Source of the DNA: Oscillospiraceae bacterium
Lineage (GTDB): Bacteria; Bacillota; Clostridia; Oscillospirales; WRJC01
NCBI GenBank assembly: GCA_009780985.1
Contig: WQYZ01000002.1
Span: 1-62,691, forward strand
Direction of reading: 5' to 3'
Length of the DNA stretch: 62,691 nt
A program made the position numbers and the translations under genes. Under the pieces are notes generated by a model. That model saw only the letters and a program-made list of their open reading frames with translations. It was not told where the DNA came from and did no database searches. Positions 19,528 through 29,020 of this stretch are shown here, piece by piece (the first letter of the stretch is position 1; each line of letters begins with the position of its first letter).

Positions 19528-20607
19528 ATGATAAATAAAGATTTGTTGAAAAAATTATGTCTCGCGTTCGGTCCGAGCGGAAACGAGTGCGAAGTACGAA
19601 ATATAATTATTGATGAAATCAAAAACTGCGCCGACGATTATTATACTGACAAAGTCGGCAATTTAATCGCGTTCAAAAAAGGCGCAAAAACTCCAATGAA
19701 AAAGCGACTTTTCGCGGCTCATATGGACGAAGTCGGGTTTATGATTTCATCTGTCGATAGCGACGGGTATTTAAGGTTTAAAAGTCTCGGCGGAATCGAA
19801 AGTTCCGTTATACTCGGCAAACAGGCAATAGTCGGCGAAAAAAGATTTGCCGCGGTTTTTGGCGGCAAACCCATACATTTATTAAAAAGCGGCGAAGAAA
19901 ATAAAGCGCGTCCCGCCGACAGTATTTATCTTGACATAGGCGCGCGCAAAAAAGATGAGAAAAAAGAGAAAGACGACGATAAAGAGAAAAATAAAAAAGA
20001 AGTTAAAGAGGACAAAGAAGATCAGAAACCCGTTGAAGTCGGCGAATTTGCAGTGTTTAAGTCTGAGTTTCTGGAATTGGGGCAAAACAAAGTCAAATGC
20101 AAGGCTATTGACGACCGTTTCGGGTGCTGTATTTTAATAGAGATGCTAAAATCAAAACTTGAATGCGATTCTTATTTTGCTTTCACAATCTGCGAAGAAA
20201 TCGGGCTTCGCGGGGCGCGGACTGCGTCGAATATAGTGAAAGCCGATACGGCGGTGATTTTTGAGGCGACAACGGCGGGCGATATTTACGACAGAAAAGA
20301 GAAAAACAAAGTGTGCTCTCTTGGAAACGGCGCGGTTATATCCATAATGGACAACTCGACTATATACGACAGAAATCTCATAAATCTTGCACTTGATACG
20401 GCTAAAAGCAAGAATATAAAAGCACAGGTAAAACAAGCAGTCGCGGGCGGCAACGACGCCGGAGCGGTTCAAAGGTCTGGTAAAGGCGTAGAAATTCTCG
20501 CAATTTCTTTACCGACACGATATATACATTCCCCGTCGTGCGTCGCGGATTACGGCGATATGGAGGAATGCCTCAGACTCGCGCTTGAAATGGAGAGGAT
20601 TATGTAA
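19528..20607 (+). CDS. M42 family metallopeptidase with a charged low-complexity insertion
   Basis: AAHMDEVGFMI, TICEEIGLRGA and PTRYIHS motifs, with a KKDEKKEKDDDKEKNKKEVKEDKEDQK insert. Confidence 0.9.
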   Translation: MINKDLLKKLCLAFGPSGNECEVRNIIIDEIKNCADDYYTDKVGNLIAFKKGAKTPMKKRLFAAHMDEVGFMISSVDSDGYLRFKSLGGIESSVILGKQAIVGEKRFAAVFGGKPIHLLKSGEENKARPADSIYLDIGARKKDEKKEKDDDKEKNKKEVKEDKEDQKPVEVGEFAVFKSEFLELGQNKVKCKAIDDRFGCCILIEMLKSKLECDSYFAFTICEEIGLRGARTASNIVKADTAVIFEATTAGDIYDRKEKNKVCSLGNGAVISIMDNSTIYDRNLINLALDTAKSKNIKAQVKQAVAGGNDAGAVQRSGKGVEILAISLPTRYIHSPSCVADYGDMEECLRLALEMERIM

Positions 20608-20623
20608 TAATATGCTGTTTACG

Positions 20624-21769
20624 CTACTTTCCGGTCAAATCTTTAACGACCTGTTCATATGAGTATAATGACTGACGGGGTGTTCCGTCCGGTTTTACAA
20701 TGCTGTAATTTGAACCTGCGTAATAATATTTAAACCAGTGGAATCTTGTTATTTGCGGAATGTCATATGCAGTTTTCATATAAAGTTCCAGTATTTTAGC
20801 ATTTTTGACGTCGTCTGCATTCTGATCGCCGAGTTCGGTAAGCCAAACCGGCATATTTTCATCGCCGTATTTTCTCATTGTATTCAGCGCGACGCCTTTT
20901 ATCGCTGATTCTAAATCATTCTCTGTAACGTCAAGATTTGTATCCACATCTACTGTGTTGTACGGGTGAATTGCCATTACGTCAAACGGCGAACGGTTGT
21001 ATTTTGCTTTAAATGCCGTATATGCGTCCGTTTTATAAAATTTCGCTAACCACTGCTGCGCAGTGCCGTTTATCCCCTGTGGAAACCCGACGTTCACAGC
21101 GTCGAGACCCCCAAACACAATAACGGCGTCTTCGTCCCATTTGTCCGTATATTTACATCTTTCATACACCTGCGTGATAAGCGCGGCGTATTCGTCCGGC
21201 GTCAGATTCCACATGCCGTCTTCTTCATTCCAGATTTCCCACGCGGTGACACCCTCGTCTTTGAAATGCGGTATTGCCTGCGCAAGCACATCAATCAGGT
21301 CAAGCGAGTTTGTGAAGTGCATTATCGGACCCCAGCCTAAATCAATGCTTTCACTTTTGCTGGCATACGATTCGTAACTTACCAGCATCATTACTTCGAT
21401 GCCTTCTTTAGCCGCTCTCTGCACAACTTTGTCGTAATCGTCCCATGAATGGGAAGCCTGCAGATGAATACGCAGACTTTTTATGCCGATGAGTTTATAA
21501 TTTGCCCATTCGTCGTCGGAAATATAATTGCTGTCAGTCGGTGAAATCCCGAAAAAGTAGCTTTTATCGTCGGCTGTTATAGTCCTTGGACCGAAAATAT
21601 CTGCAGTTTGTCCGGCGGTTGTTTGAATGGGTTCTGACATATTTTTGCTCGCCCCGCTTTCTGTATCGTTTGGATTTGTTGTATTTGTCGTTTTACAACC
21701 AGTGAAATTGAAGAAAATGACGGTAAGTGCGGTTAAAAGTATAAGTTTGATTTTTATATTTGATTTCAT
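20624..21769 (-). CDS. Lipoprotein glycoside hydrolase, clan GH-A TIM barrel (family not assigned)
   Basis: Lipobox FNFTGC after MKSNIKIKLILL. WEIWNEED (acid/base NE) and VWLTELG (nucleophile) motifs. Confidence 0.78.
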   Translation of the reverse strand: MKSNIKIKLILLTALTVIFFNFTGCKTTNTTNPNDTESGASKNMSEPIQTTAGQTADIFGPRTITADDKSYFFGISPTDSNYISDDEWANYKLIGIKSLRIHLQASHSWDDYDKVVQRAAKEGIEVMMLVSYESYASKSESIDLGWGPIMHFTNSLDLIDVLAQAIPHFKDEGVTAWEIWNEEDGMWNLTPDEYAALITQVYERCKYTDKWDEDAVIVFGGLDAVNVGFPQGINGTAQQWLAKFYKTDAYTAFKAKYNRSPFDVMAIHPYNTVDVDTNLDVTENDLESAIKGVALNTMRKYGDENMPVWLTELGDQNADDVKNAKILELYMKTAYDIPQITRFHWFKYYYAGSNYSIVKPDGTPRQSLYSYEQVVKDLTGK

Positions 21770-21877
21770 AAAAGACTTTATTTCTATTCTCCTTTTGTAA
21801 TATTTGACATTATTATACTTAAAATACAAAACAAAGTAAACAGATTTTTGTTAATTTTATATTTTCAGGAGACAAAA

Positions 21878-22393
21878 ATGGAATTATTTGATTTTCTTGA
21901 TATTAACGGCAACCCCACAGGGATTGTATTGGAAAAAGGCGCGACTCTGAAAGACGGGCAATATTATCTTGGCATACACGCTTATATCTTTAATTCCGGC
22001 TTTGAATTTTTAATACAGCGGCGATCATATAATAAAAGTTTTGCGCCCGGCATATGGGACATACATTTAGGTCATATGATTGCAGGCGAATCATCTGTAG
22101 AGTGTATGATTAGGGAAGTAAAAGAAGAAATCGGATTGAATATAAATTGTAATGATATTTGTGCGGTTAAACGATTTTTCTGGGATGAGAAAGACCGCCA
22201 TATAGTCGATATATATTTCATCAGAAAAGAATATGACCTTGATAAAATCATATTGCAAAAAGACGAGGTTATTGCGGTAAAGAAAATCGCGGGAAAAGAA
22301 ATGACAGATATGATCAGGAATATGGATTATCGTCCCTGCGAATATAGAAATATTGTTTTGGAAGAAATCAAAAACATTCATCCCATGTCATAA
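21878..22393 (+). CDS. NUDIX hydrolase
   Basis: Nudix box GHMIAGESSVECMIREVKEEIGL. AGGAG RBS before the ATG at 21878. Confidence 0.88.
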   Translation: MELFDFLDINGNPTGIVLEKGATLKDGQYYLGIHAYIFNSGFEFLIQRRSYNKSFAPGIWDIHLGHMIAGESSVECMIREVKEEIGLNINCNDICAVKRFFWDEKDRHIVDIYFIRKEYDLDKIILQKDEVIAVKKIAGKEMTDMIRNMDYRPCEYRNIVLEEIKNIHPMS

Positions 22394-22409
22394 ACAGAGG
22401 AAACATTTT

Positions 22410-23330
22410 GTGAAAAAGTTATTTTTATTATTAATTTTGCTTTTTATTTTATCGGGGTGCACCGCTCACAGTGATGACAATTCAATTTTAAAATATAATA
22501 ATAAACCTGTAAATTATCTTTTATTTGAACAAGATGATTTTACAGTAATAAAAACAAAGGCGGAAAATATAAAGCCGGAGACAATAAGATCTCCAATATG
22601 TTCGGATTATATACGGAATCTCGGATATTATGGCATAAACGCGGGATTTTTTAATACAGTGTACAGAGGAGCGAAACCCGCAGATGCAGATTTTATCAGT
22701 ATGTCGATTGCATGGAGCAAAGAAGATGCGGAAAAAGACTTGGAAGTATGCGAGTTCAGCGTGAGAGATCCGGAGAAAGTCGCACTCGGCGAGGGACCTT
22801 ATATTTCGAGAGGGACTTTATTTCTTTACGAGGACGATACAAACGGCGTATATGAAGCCGGCGTAATATCGGCGGAAAACTGCGACGATGTAGAAAATCA
22901 GATGAAACTGCGCACAGGTCGGGATTACGATTACATATATATGGTTGGCGGAGGTAATTTCTATTTAAACGAATATCCGAATATAGACGACTGGGATAAA
23001 TGGAGAGAAGAAAAATATCTTACAGAAGGTCCGCTTGTAAGTGAAAATGGGAAAACCGGCAGAAGCGGAATCGGGATAAAAAAAGAAAACGGCGCATGGT
23101 ATGTATATCTTGTAACGTCAGGGACAAACGGCGAGGGAAAACCTAAAACATTGAAAGATTTAAGGGATTTGTTTATATCTCTTGGCTGTTCCGACGCCAT
23201 ATATCTGGACGGGGACGGCTCTTCACAGATGAGATGTGCGGACAACAACGGCAACGTGATAGAAAACCCCGGAGATAACAGATATATATGGGCTATGGTC
23301 AGACTTATAAAGTCAAATGACTCAAACTGA
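22410..23330 (+). CDS. Lipoprotein, phosphodiester glycosidase (DUF2233/NAGPA-like) family
   Basis: GTG start with an AGAGGAAA RBS, lipobox LSGC, and C-terminal AIYLDGDGSSQM resembling the LDGGGS motif. Confidence 0.72.
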   Translation: MKKLFLLLILLFILSGCTAHSDDNSILKYNNKPVNYLLFEQDDFTVIKTKAENIKPETIRSPICSDYIRNLGYYGINAGFFNTVYRGAKPADADFISMSIAWSKEDAEKDLEVCEFSVRDPEKVALGEGPYISRGTLFLYEDDTNGVYEAGVISAENCDDVENQMKLRTGRDYDYIYMVGGGNFYLNEYPNIDDWDKWREEKYLTEGPLVSENGKTGRSGIGIKKENGAWYVYLVTSGTNGEGKPKTLKDLRDLFISLGCSDAIYLDGDGSSQMRCADNNGNVIENPGDNRYIWAMVRLIKSNDSN

Positions 23331-23356
23331 ATTTACAGAAATTTAACATAGACATC

Positions 23357-23385
23357 TTGCATTTTTTATTTAGATATAGTATATT
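23357..23385 (+). promoter_or_regulatory. Candidate promoter of the CXXC/polyferredoxin/TlpA/asnA transcription unit
   Basis: TTGCAT-17 nt-TATATT. Confidence 0.4.
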
Positions 23386-23424
23386 ATTTAATTAATCAAT
23401 AATTTGAAAGGGGCTAATTTTACT

Positions 23425-23523
23425 GTGTTTAAGGCAACAGTTTATATTATTTACAACAGTAATAATAACAATAATAATAAGTCTGCGCCTAATAATTGGA
23501 GACAGGCTTTTAGTCCCTTTTGA
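23425..23523 (+). promoter_or_regulatory. Asn-codon-rich mini-ORF (candidate leader peptide)
   Basis: GTG..TGA, 32 codons: (M)FKATVYIIYNSNNNNNNKSAPNNWRQAFSPF. AAAGGGG lies 11 nt upstream. This could also be chance in AT-rich DNA. Confidence 0.3.
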
Positions 23524-23572
23524 TTTTTATAAAAGTTAGCGTAAAAAATAACTTACAATAAGAACGCAAAGC

Positions 23573-23622
23573 GGCTAAGGACACACGAAAAAATCGTGAA
23601 AAGACCTTAGCCATTATTTTAT
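23573..23622 (+). terminator. Intrinsic-terminator-like hairpin in the leader
   Basis: GGCTAAGG..(CACGA-aaaaa-TCGTG)..CCTTAGCC followed by ATTATTTTAT, 20 nt before the next ATG. Confidence 0.55.
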
Positions 23623-23641
23623 AACAAAAGGTAACTGTATA

Positions 23642-23797
23642 ATGAATAATACGCAAAATAAGAAAGCAAAAAAATTATGGGCTGTATTGCTGCCGTTGGG
23701 AATTTTGTTGATTGTTGCGGGAATAATTCAGAATGATTATCATGATACTTTAATAAAAGCGGTAACAATTTGCTTGGAGTGTATCGGGATTGGGTAA
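23642..23797 (+). CDS. Small membrane protein with a C-terminal CXXC (CD1871A-like family)
   Basis: 51 aa, missing from the ORF track because it is under 60 aa. One TM helix, ending ...ICLECIGIG*. It overlaps the start of the next gene. Confidence 0.7.
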   Translation: MNNTQNKKAKKLWAVLLPLGILLIVAGIIQNDYHDTLIKAVTICLECIGIG

Positions 23798-24671
23798 TAT
23801 AATAAAGAAAATAAAAATAAGCAGACGCAGAATTATACAGCTTATGTCGGCGGTTATATATAACTTAAATTTTAAGGGATTTGCCGAAGGCAAAATTTAC
23901 AGGGGAAATATTAAAGGCGTCTGCGTTCCGGGTTTGAACTGTTATTCCTGCCCGGGAGCAATAGCCGCCTGCCCTTTGGGAAGTCTGCAATCCTCGATGT
24001 CGTCGCTTAAATTCAAACTGCCGCTTTATATCGTCGGTATTCTCATAGTTTTCGGCATACTCCTCGGACGCGCAATATGTGCGTTTCTCTGCCCGTTCGG
24101 CATGATACAGGAACTCCTGCATAAAATACCGTCGCCGAAAGTGAAAAAAAGCATGTGGACGCGCAGATTATCGCTGACAAAATACGCGGTACTGTTTTTA
24201 TTCGTGTTCGCGCTTCCCATATATTATTATATCAGCGCAGGAGCGGCTGTCCCGACTTTTTGCAAGTATATATGCCCCGCCGGAACATTGGAAGCCGGTA
24301 TCCCTCTTGTTTCCGCAAATTCCGGTCTGCAAAAGATTGCCGGTGTATTATTTAACTGGAAAATATTTTTATTGATTATAATTGTTATTCTGTCGGTTTT
24401 TATATACAGATTTTTCTGTCGGTTTCTCTGCCCTCTCGGAGCGATATACTCGTTTTTCAACCGCCATGCGATGATTGGTATTTCCGTCGATGCCTCAAAG
24501 TGTACAAATTGCGGGAAGTGCGTACGCTCCTGCAAACTTGATACAGTTTATATAAACGACCGGGAATGTATACGCTGCGGCGAATGCCGGCATGTATGCC
24601 CCGTCGGCGCGATTAAAACAAATAAAATTATTAAGATTAACAAGGAGAAAACCCATGAGAAAGAAACTTAA
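23790..24671 (+). CDS. Membrane polyferredoxin (NapH/MauN-like 4Fe-4S binding protein)
   Basis: CPGLNCYSCPGAIAACP, CPFG and CPLG membrane CxxC-type motifs, plus CTNCGKCVRSC and CIRCGECRHVCP ferredoxin motifs. TTG start. Confidence 0.86.
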   Translation: MGNIIKKIKISRRRIIQLMSAVIYNLNFKGFAEGKIYRGNIKGVCVPGLNCYSCPGAIAACPLGSLQSSMSSLKFKLPLYIVGILIVFGILLGRAICAFLCPFGMIQELLHKIPSPKVKKSMWTRRLSLTKYAVLFLFVFALPIYYYISAGAAVPTFCKYICPAGTLEAGIPLVSANSGLQKIAGVLFNWKIFLLIIIVILSVFIYRFFCRFLCPLGAIYSFFNRHAMIGISVDASKCTNCGKCVRSCKLDTVYINDRECIRCGECRHVCPVGAIKTNKIIKINKEKTHEKET

Positions 24672-25266
24672 AATTATAATACAGATAACTGCCGTAATTT
24701 TTATTATTCTATTTGTTTCAGCTGCGAATTTCAGCTGTAACGTTAATAATACTTCAAATTTTTCCGGCGCTTCAAACGCTCCCAGCCTTTCAGACAATAG
24801 TTCAAATCCAACTCAAATTGAAGAAAAGGTTGCGGAAGGCTACATGGCTCCCGATATCAGTATTGACTTGCTGAGCGGCGAAACCGTGAAACTTTCGGAT
24901 TATCGGGGTAAAGCAGTGCTTCTCAACTTCTGGGCTTCATGGTGTCCGCCCTGCGTCGGCGAAATGCCGGATATTCAGAAACTTTCCGAAGCGTATCCCG
25001 ACGATTTGGTAGTAATAGGGGTAAACTGCGGAGAAAAGAAAAATACGGTTGACGATTTTATCAAGAAAAACAGCTATACTTTCAACATAGGGATTGACGA
25101 AAATTTAAAGTTACAGGAAAAATACCCGTCAACGGGCATACCCTACACGGTAATCATTGACCCGGACGGAATAGTCACCGCCATACAGCTTGGGGTAGAC
25201 CCTAAGAGAGATATGTATTCAGTTTATGAAGAATATATAAAATCCGCTTTGGATTATAAACAATAA
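24655..25266 (+). CDS. TlpA/ResA-family thiol-disulfide oxidoreductase (membrane-anchored thioredoxin fold)
   Basis: NFWASWCPPCVGEMP active site with an N-terminal anchor. Confidence 0.9.
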   Translation: MRKKLKIIIQITAVIFIILFVSAANFSCNVNNTSNFSGASNAPSLSDNSSNPTQIEEKVAEGYMAPDISIDLLSGETVKLSDYRGKAVLLNFWASWCPPCVGEMPDIQKLSEAYPDDLVVIGVNCGEKKNTVDDFIKKNSYTFNIGIDENLKLQEKYPSTGIPYTVIIDPDGIVTAIQLGVDPKRDMYSVYEEYIKSALDYKQ

Positions 25267-25295
25267 ATTATTTATGAAAGGTATTGATTGAAATT

Positions 25296-26303
25296 ATGAG
25301 CAAACTAATAAAACCTTCGGATTATAAATCCGTATTGTCAGTGTATGAAACACAGAAAGCTATCGGAATAATAAAGAGAACGTTTGAGGATAATTTATCA
25401 GCCGCGCTTAACCTGAAAAGAGTGTCCGCGCCGCTTATTGTCGAACCTCAGACAGGATTGAACGACGATTTAAACGGAATTGAACGTCCGGTGGAATTTG
25501 ACATTCCTGAAACAAAATCAACCGCGCAGGTTGTTCATTCGCTCGCCAAATGGAAGCGTATGGCTTTGCATAAATACGGCTTCCCTGTCGGGGAAGGTCT
25601 CTATACGGATATGAATGCTATCCGGCGCGACGAGGAATTGGATAATCTCCACTCGATTTATCACGACCAATGGGATTGGGAAAAAATCATCACCCATTCC
25701 GATCGCAATATTGATTATCTGAAAAAAACGGTCAAAAATATTGTAAACGCCGTATGCGATACGCAGGATAAAATAAAATCTGTATATCCGAAATTAAGCC
25801 CGAATCTGTCAAGAGAAGTATCTTTTATCACTTCGCAGGAACTTGAGGATATGTACCCTTCGATTTCGACTAAAGAACGCGAGGATGCATATGTGAAAGA
25901 AAGAAAGACTGCGTTTATAATGCAAATCGGCGATATTCTGAAATCAGGCAAAAAGCACGACGGCAGAGCTCCCGATTACGACGACTGGAAACTCAACGGA
26001 GATATTATGTTCTGGAGCGATATATTAAACCGCGCTGTTGAGGTTTCGTCGATGGGTATCCGCGTAGACGAAAAATCGCTCGACGAACAGCTTACAAAAG
26101 CTAAATGCGATAACCGCCGTCAACTGCCTTACCATAAAATGCTGCTTGACGGACAGCTGCCACTTACAATCGGCGGCGGCATAGGGCAGTCGAGACTGTG
26201 TATGCTTTTAATGGAAAAAGCCCATATAGGCGAAGTGCAGGTTTCCGTATGGGACAGCGATACAATCTCCGACTGTAAAGAGGCGGGAATAGAGTTATTA
26301 TAG
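25296..26303 (+). CDS. asnA: Aspartate--ammonia ligase (asparagine synthetase A)
   Basis: AsnA-type class II synthetase-like pattern (RVSAPLIVEPQTGLNDDLNG ... GGGIGQSRLCMLL). An alternative TTG start exists at 25284. Confidence 0.9.
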   Translation: MSKLIKPSDYKSVLSVYETQKAIGIIKRTFEDNLSAALNLKRVSAPLIVEPQTGLNDDLNGIERPVEFDIPETKSTAQVVHSLAKWKRMALHKYGFPVGEGLYTDMNAIRRDEELDNLHSIYHDQWDWEKIITHSDRNIDYLKKTVKNIVNAVCDTQDKIKSVYPKLSPNLSREVSFITSQELEDMYPSISTKEREDAYVKERKTAFIMQIGDILKSGKKHDGRAPDYDDWKLNGDIMFWSDILNRAVEVSSMGIRVDEKSLDEQLTKAKCDNRRQLPYHKMLLDGQLPLTIGGGIGQSRLCMLLMEKAHIGEVQVSVWDSDTISDCKEAGIELL

Positions 26304-26323
26304 AAATATTTGGGGGAATAAAT

Positions 26324-27115
26324 ATGCTTAAACATCACGAAGAATCCATACAAAAATTAATTGATTATTTTTCTGGCAACCCGGAGGTATTGGCTGTTAT
26401 TCTGGGCGGCTCCGTCGCCAAAGGATTGGAGAGACCCGATTCAGATATAGACGGGGAAATTATTGTAACTGATAAATACTATGACGAATTGCGCAAAGAA
26501 AACAAAGTGTCGGAATGTGTCTGGGGATATTGTACATATGAAAACGGGTATTTTGATATAAAATATTACACGAAAGATTTTCTAAAAACAGCCGCAGTTA
26601 AGGGAAGCGAACCCGCAAGAAACGCGTTTATAAAATGCCGCTGCCTTTTCAGCAGAGACGGCGAAATCGACGAAATCATTCCAAAAATCGGAGTGTTTCA
26701 GGAATCTGAAAAGAAAGAAAAAATGGACTCGTTTTACAGTGCGCTCATGTTAAATTACAACTACTTTTTTCCGGTATCAGTACCGACAAATAATCTTTAT
26801 CTCCGTATGCGCAGCGCCTGCGATTTAATATTGTTTGGATACCGCCTGTTACTGCAGGATAATCACGTTCTGTTTCCATGTCAGAAAAGTCTCGGCGACG
26901 CTGTCGCTAAATTGCCAAACAAGCCGAACAATATCGTCGAAAAAGGCGAATGTCTGTTAAAAACCATGAGCGGCGAGGCGGCGAAAGATTTTGTGGAGAC
27001 TATATTAAACTTTATTCAATATCAGCCCCCTAAGGATTACGAAGTTTCAACAAGATTTATCGACGACAATGAGTTGTGGTGGTATAAAGTCCGCCCGGTT
27101 ATCGCCGAGTGGTAA
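26324..27115 (+). CDS. Nucleotidyltransferase-domain protein (KNTase-like architecture)
   Basis: GGSVAKGLERPDSDIDG (GS..DxD) followed by a helical C-terminal domain. Confidence 0.75.
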   Translation: MLKHHEESIQKLIDYFSGNPEVLAVILGGSVAKGLERPDSDIDGEIIVTDKYYDELRKENKVSECVWGYCTYENGYFDIKYYTKDFLKTAAVKGSEPARNAFIKCRCLFSRDGEIDEIIPKIGVFQESEKKEKMDSFYSALMLNYNYFFPVSVPTNNLYLRMRSACDLILFGYRLLLQDNHVLFPCQKSLGDAVAKLPNKPNNIVEKGECLLKTMSGEAAKDFVETILNFIQYQPPKDYEVSTRFIDDNELWWYKVRPVIAEW

Positions 27116-27170
27116 GAAAATATATTCAGGAAGAAGGTGAAAAGTTTGAGACTTGATAAACGAGTTAACT

Positions 27171-27213
27171 TCTCGGTGCGGTTGAGATAATCTGCCGGCA
27201 GATTGCACCGAGA
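27171..27213 (+). terminator. Compound hairpin, possible terminator
   Basis: TCTCGGTGC ... GCACCGAGA encloses the perfect 16-nt palindrome AATCTGCCGGCAGATT. The T-tract is weak. Confidence 0.4.
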
Positions 27214-27310
27214 TTAATAATTCTGAATTTGCTGTCAGTTCATCATCCGCGCCTTTTTAATTTTTAATAAAATCAATTTATAAATTATAAAATTAAAAAC
27301 AGGAGCATGA

Positions 27311-29011
27311 ATGATGATATTTAAAGAATTAATAAAAAAGCACAAAAAAGTTGTTATATTTTCTATTGGATTAAGCATTACTACTATTATTTTGGAAGCA
27401 TTGGGCGTCAATATTTTTCAAAAGGTGATAGATAGGTTTACGGACCATACGCTTACTGTTTCGACTGTTTTGTTATACGGAGTTATTATAACGACGGTTG
27501 CCATCCTGTGGTATCTAAGCAATATCCCCAATACAAAATTGCCGAACGGTATTTATCTTGACTTAAAAGTAATGGCGTTGAAAAAAATGAGCGTGATAAA
27601 CTACGCAGACTATCAGAAGTTTGGCGTAGGCAAGCTGATTCAGATGATTGAAAACGGAGCAACAGCCGGAAAGAATATATTAGTTGAATTTTATTTCCGT
27701 ATATTCGGAGAACACCTGCCGAATATAATTATAAGCATAATTTTCATTGCGTTGATAAATATAAATCTTGTCTGGTTTATTTTTATCGGTTATATTGTAA
27801 TTTTTATTATTACGAATATTGTTTTGAAATACTTGTACAAATATAAGAACCGTATATTGATAAACGAAGAATTTATGAATCATTATCTTGTGCGCGGATT
27901 AATGGAGCTTGTCGTTTTCAGAACAAACAAAAGATACGCGACGGAAATTAAAAAGACGGAAGAAGCGTCAAACGCGATCGTTTCGAATAAAACAAAAATT
28001 GAGCTGACACACGAGTTCTTTTTTACTTTTTTCTATTTGATGGTTATCATGTTAAGAATCGCTGTGATTTTATACGGACTGTTGTCAAAAGCGTTGTCAA
28101 TCGGCGAAATTGTAGCTCTGATGACTTTTTTGGATAAAGCGTATCAGCCTATAGCGATTTTTAACGTGGGTTATGTGCAGTATAAATTGGATAAAGTCGC
28201 TTTTGAACGGTACAAAGACATATTGTGTTCGCCCGACGATATAGCTCTGAGTCAGGGCGAAAAAATCGATGTAGAACAGGGTAAAATTGAGTTTAAAAAC
28301 GTCGGATTTTCTTACGACAGTAAAACAGTCATGAAAAATCTTTCGTTTGTTATTCAGCCGAATTCCTCCGTCGCATTTGTCGGCGAGAGCGGCGCGGGGA
28401 AATCGACTGTTATCAAACAGATTACAGGGCTGATAAAACCGTGCGAAGGCAATATTTTTATAGATGGATATAACTTGTCGAGTATGGATTTAAATCATTT
28501 CTATGACTATATATCTTACACGTCGCAGGATTCGCCCGTATTCAATGGAACGCTATATGAAAACATAGTATTTGACCGGCAAGTTCCCGAGGAGCAAATC
28601 ATACGGGTATTACGACTTGTAAATTTAGACGAGTTTTATCAGGGTTTGGAGAACGGACTTTCAACGGAAGTGGGCGAAAGAGGGATTTTGCTTTCAGGAG
28701 GCGAGAGACAGCGTCTTGCGCTTGCGAGGATATTCTTTCAGAAAGCCAAAATTATTATATTGGACGAAGCCACGTCCGCGATGGATAACATAACCGAAGA
28801 AATTGTGATGAACAATGTGATGGAAGCCTTTCGCGACAGAACTGTTATTATCATTGCGCACAGGTTAAGCAGTATAAAAAAAGCCGGCAATATCTTCGCC
28901 TTAAAAAACGGCTGTATTGTCGAGCAGGGCAAATTTGACGGTTTATTGCAACAGGACGGATATTTCAAAGAATTATGGAACAGGGAAACACATAAACAGG
29001 AAGAAAGGTGA
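27311..29011 (+). CDS. ABC transporter, fused permease/ATP-binding protein (exporter type)
   Basis: Six-TM N-terminus, Walker A GESGAGKST, signature LSGGERQR and Walker B IIILDEATS. Confidence 0.92.
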   Translation: MMIFKELIKKHKKVVIFSIGLSITTIILEALGVNIFQKVIDRFTDHTLTVSTVLLYGVIITTVAILWYLSNIPNTKLPNGIYLDLKVMALKKMSVINYADYQKFGVGKLIQMIENGATAGKNILVEFYFRIFGEHLPNIIISIIFIALININLVWFIFIGYIVIFIITNIVLKYLYKYKNRILINEEFMNHYLVRGLMELVVFRTNKRYATEIKKTEEASNAIVSNKTKIELTHEFFFTFFYLMVIMLRIAVILYGLLSKALSIGEIVALMTFLDKAYQPIAIFNVGYVQYKLDKVAFERYKDILCSPDDIALSQGEKIDVEQGKIEFKNVGFSYDSKTVMKNLSFVIQPNSSVAFVGESGAGKSTVIKQITGLIKPCEGNIFIDGYNLSSMDLNHFYDYISYTSQDSPVFNGTLYENIVFDRQVPEEQIIRVLRLVNLDEFYQGLENGLSTEVGERGILLSGGERQRLALARIFFQKAKIIILDEATSAMDNITEEIVMNNVMEAFRDRTVIIIAHRLSSIKKAGNIFALKNGCIVEQGKFDGLLQQDGYFKELWNRETHKQEER

Positions 29012-29020
29012 TAATATAAT

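Noticed and set aside
23407-23521. Long-range pairing AAAGGGGCTAA / TTAGTCCCTTT in the leader, considered as a riboswitch.
   Set aside because: I could not match it to any known riboswitch class. The intervening sequence is low-complexity A/T, so it is treated only as part of the attenuator hypothesis.
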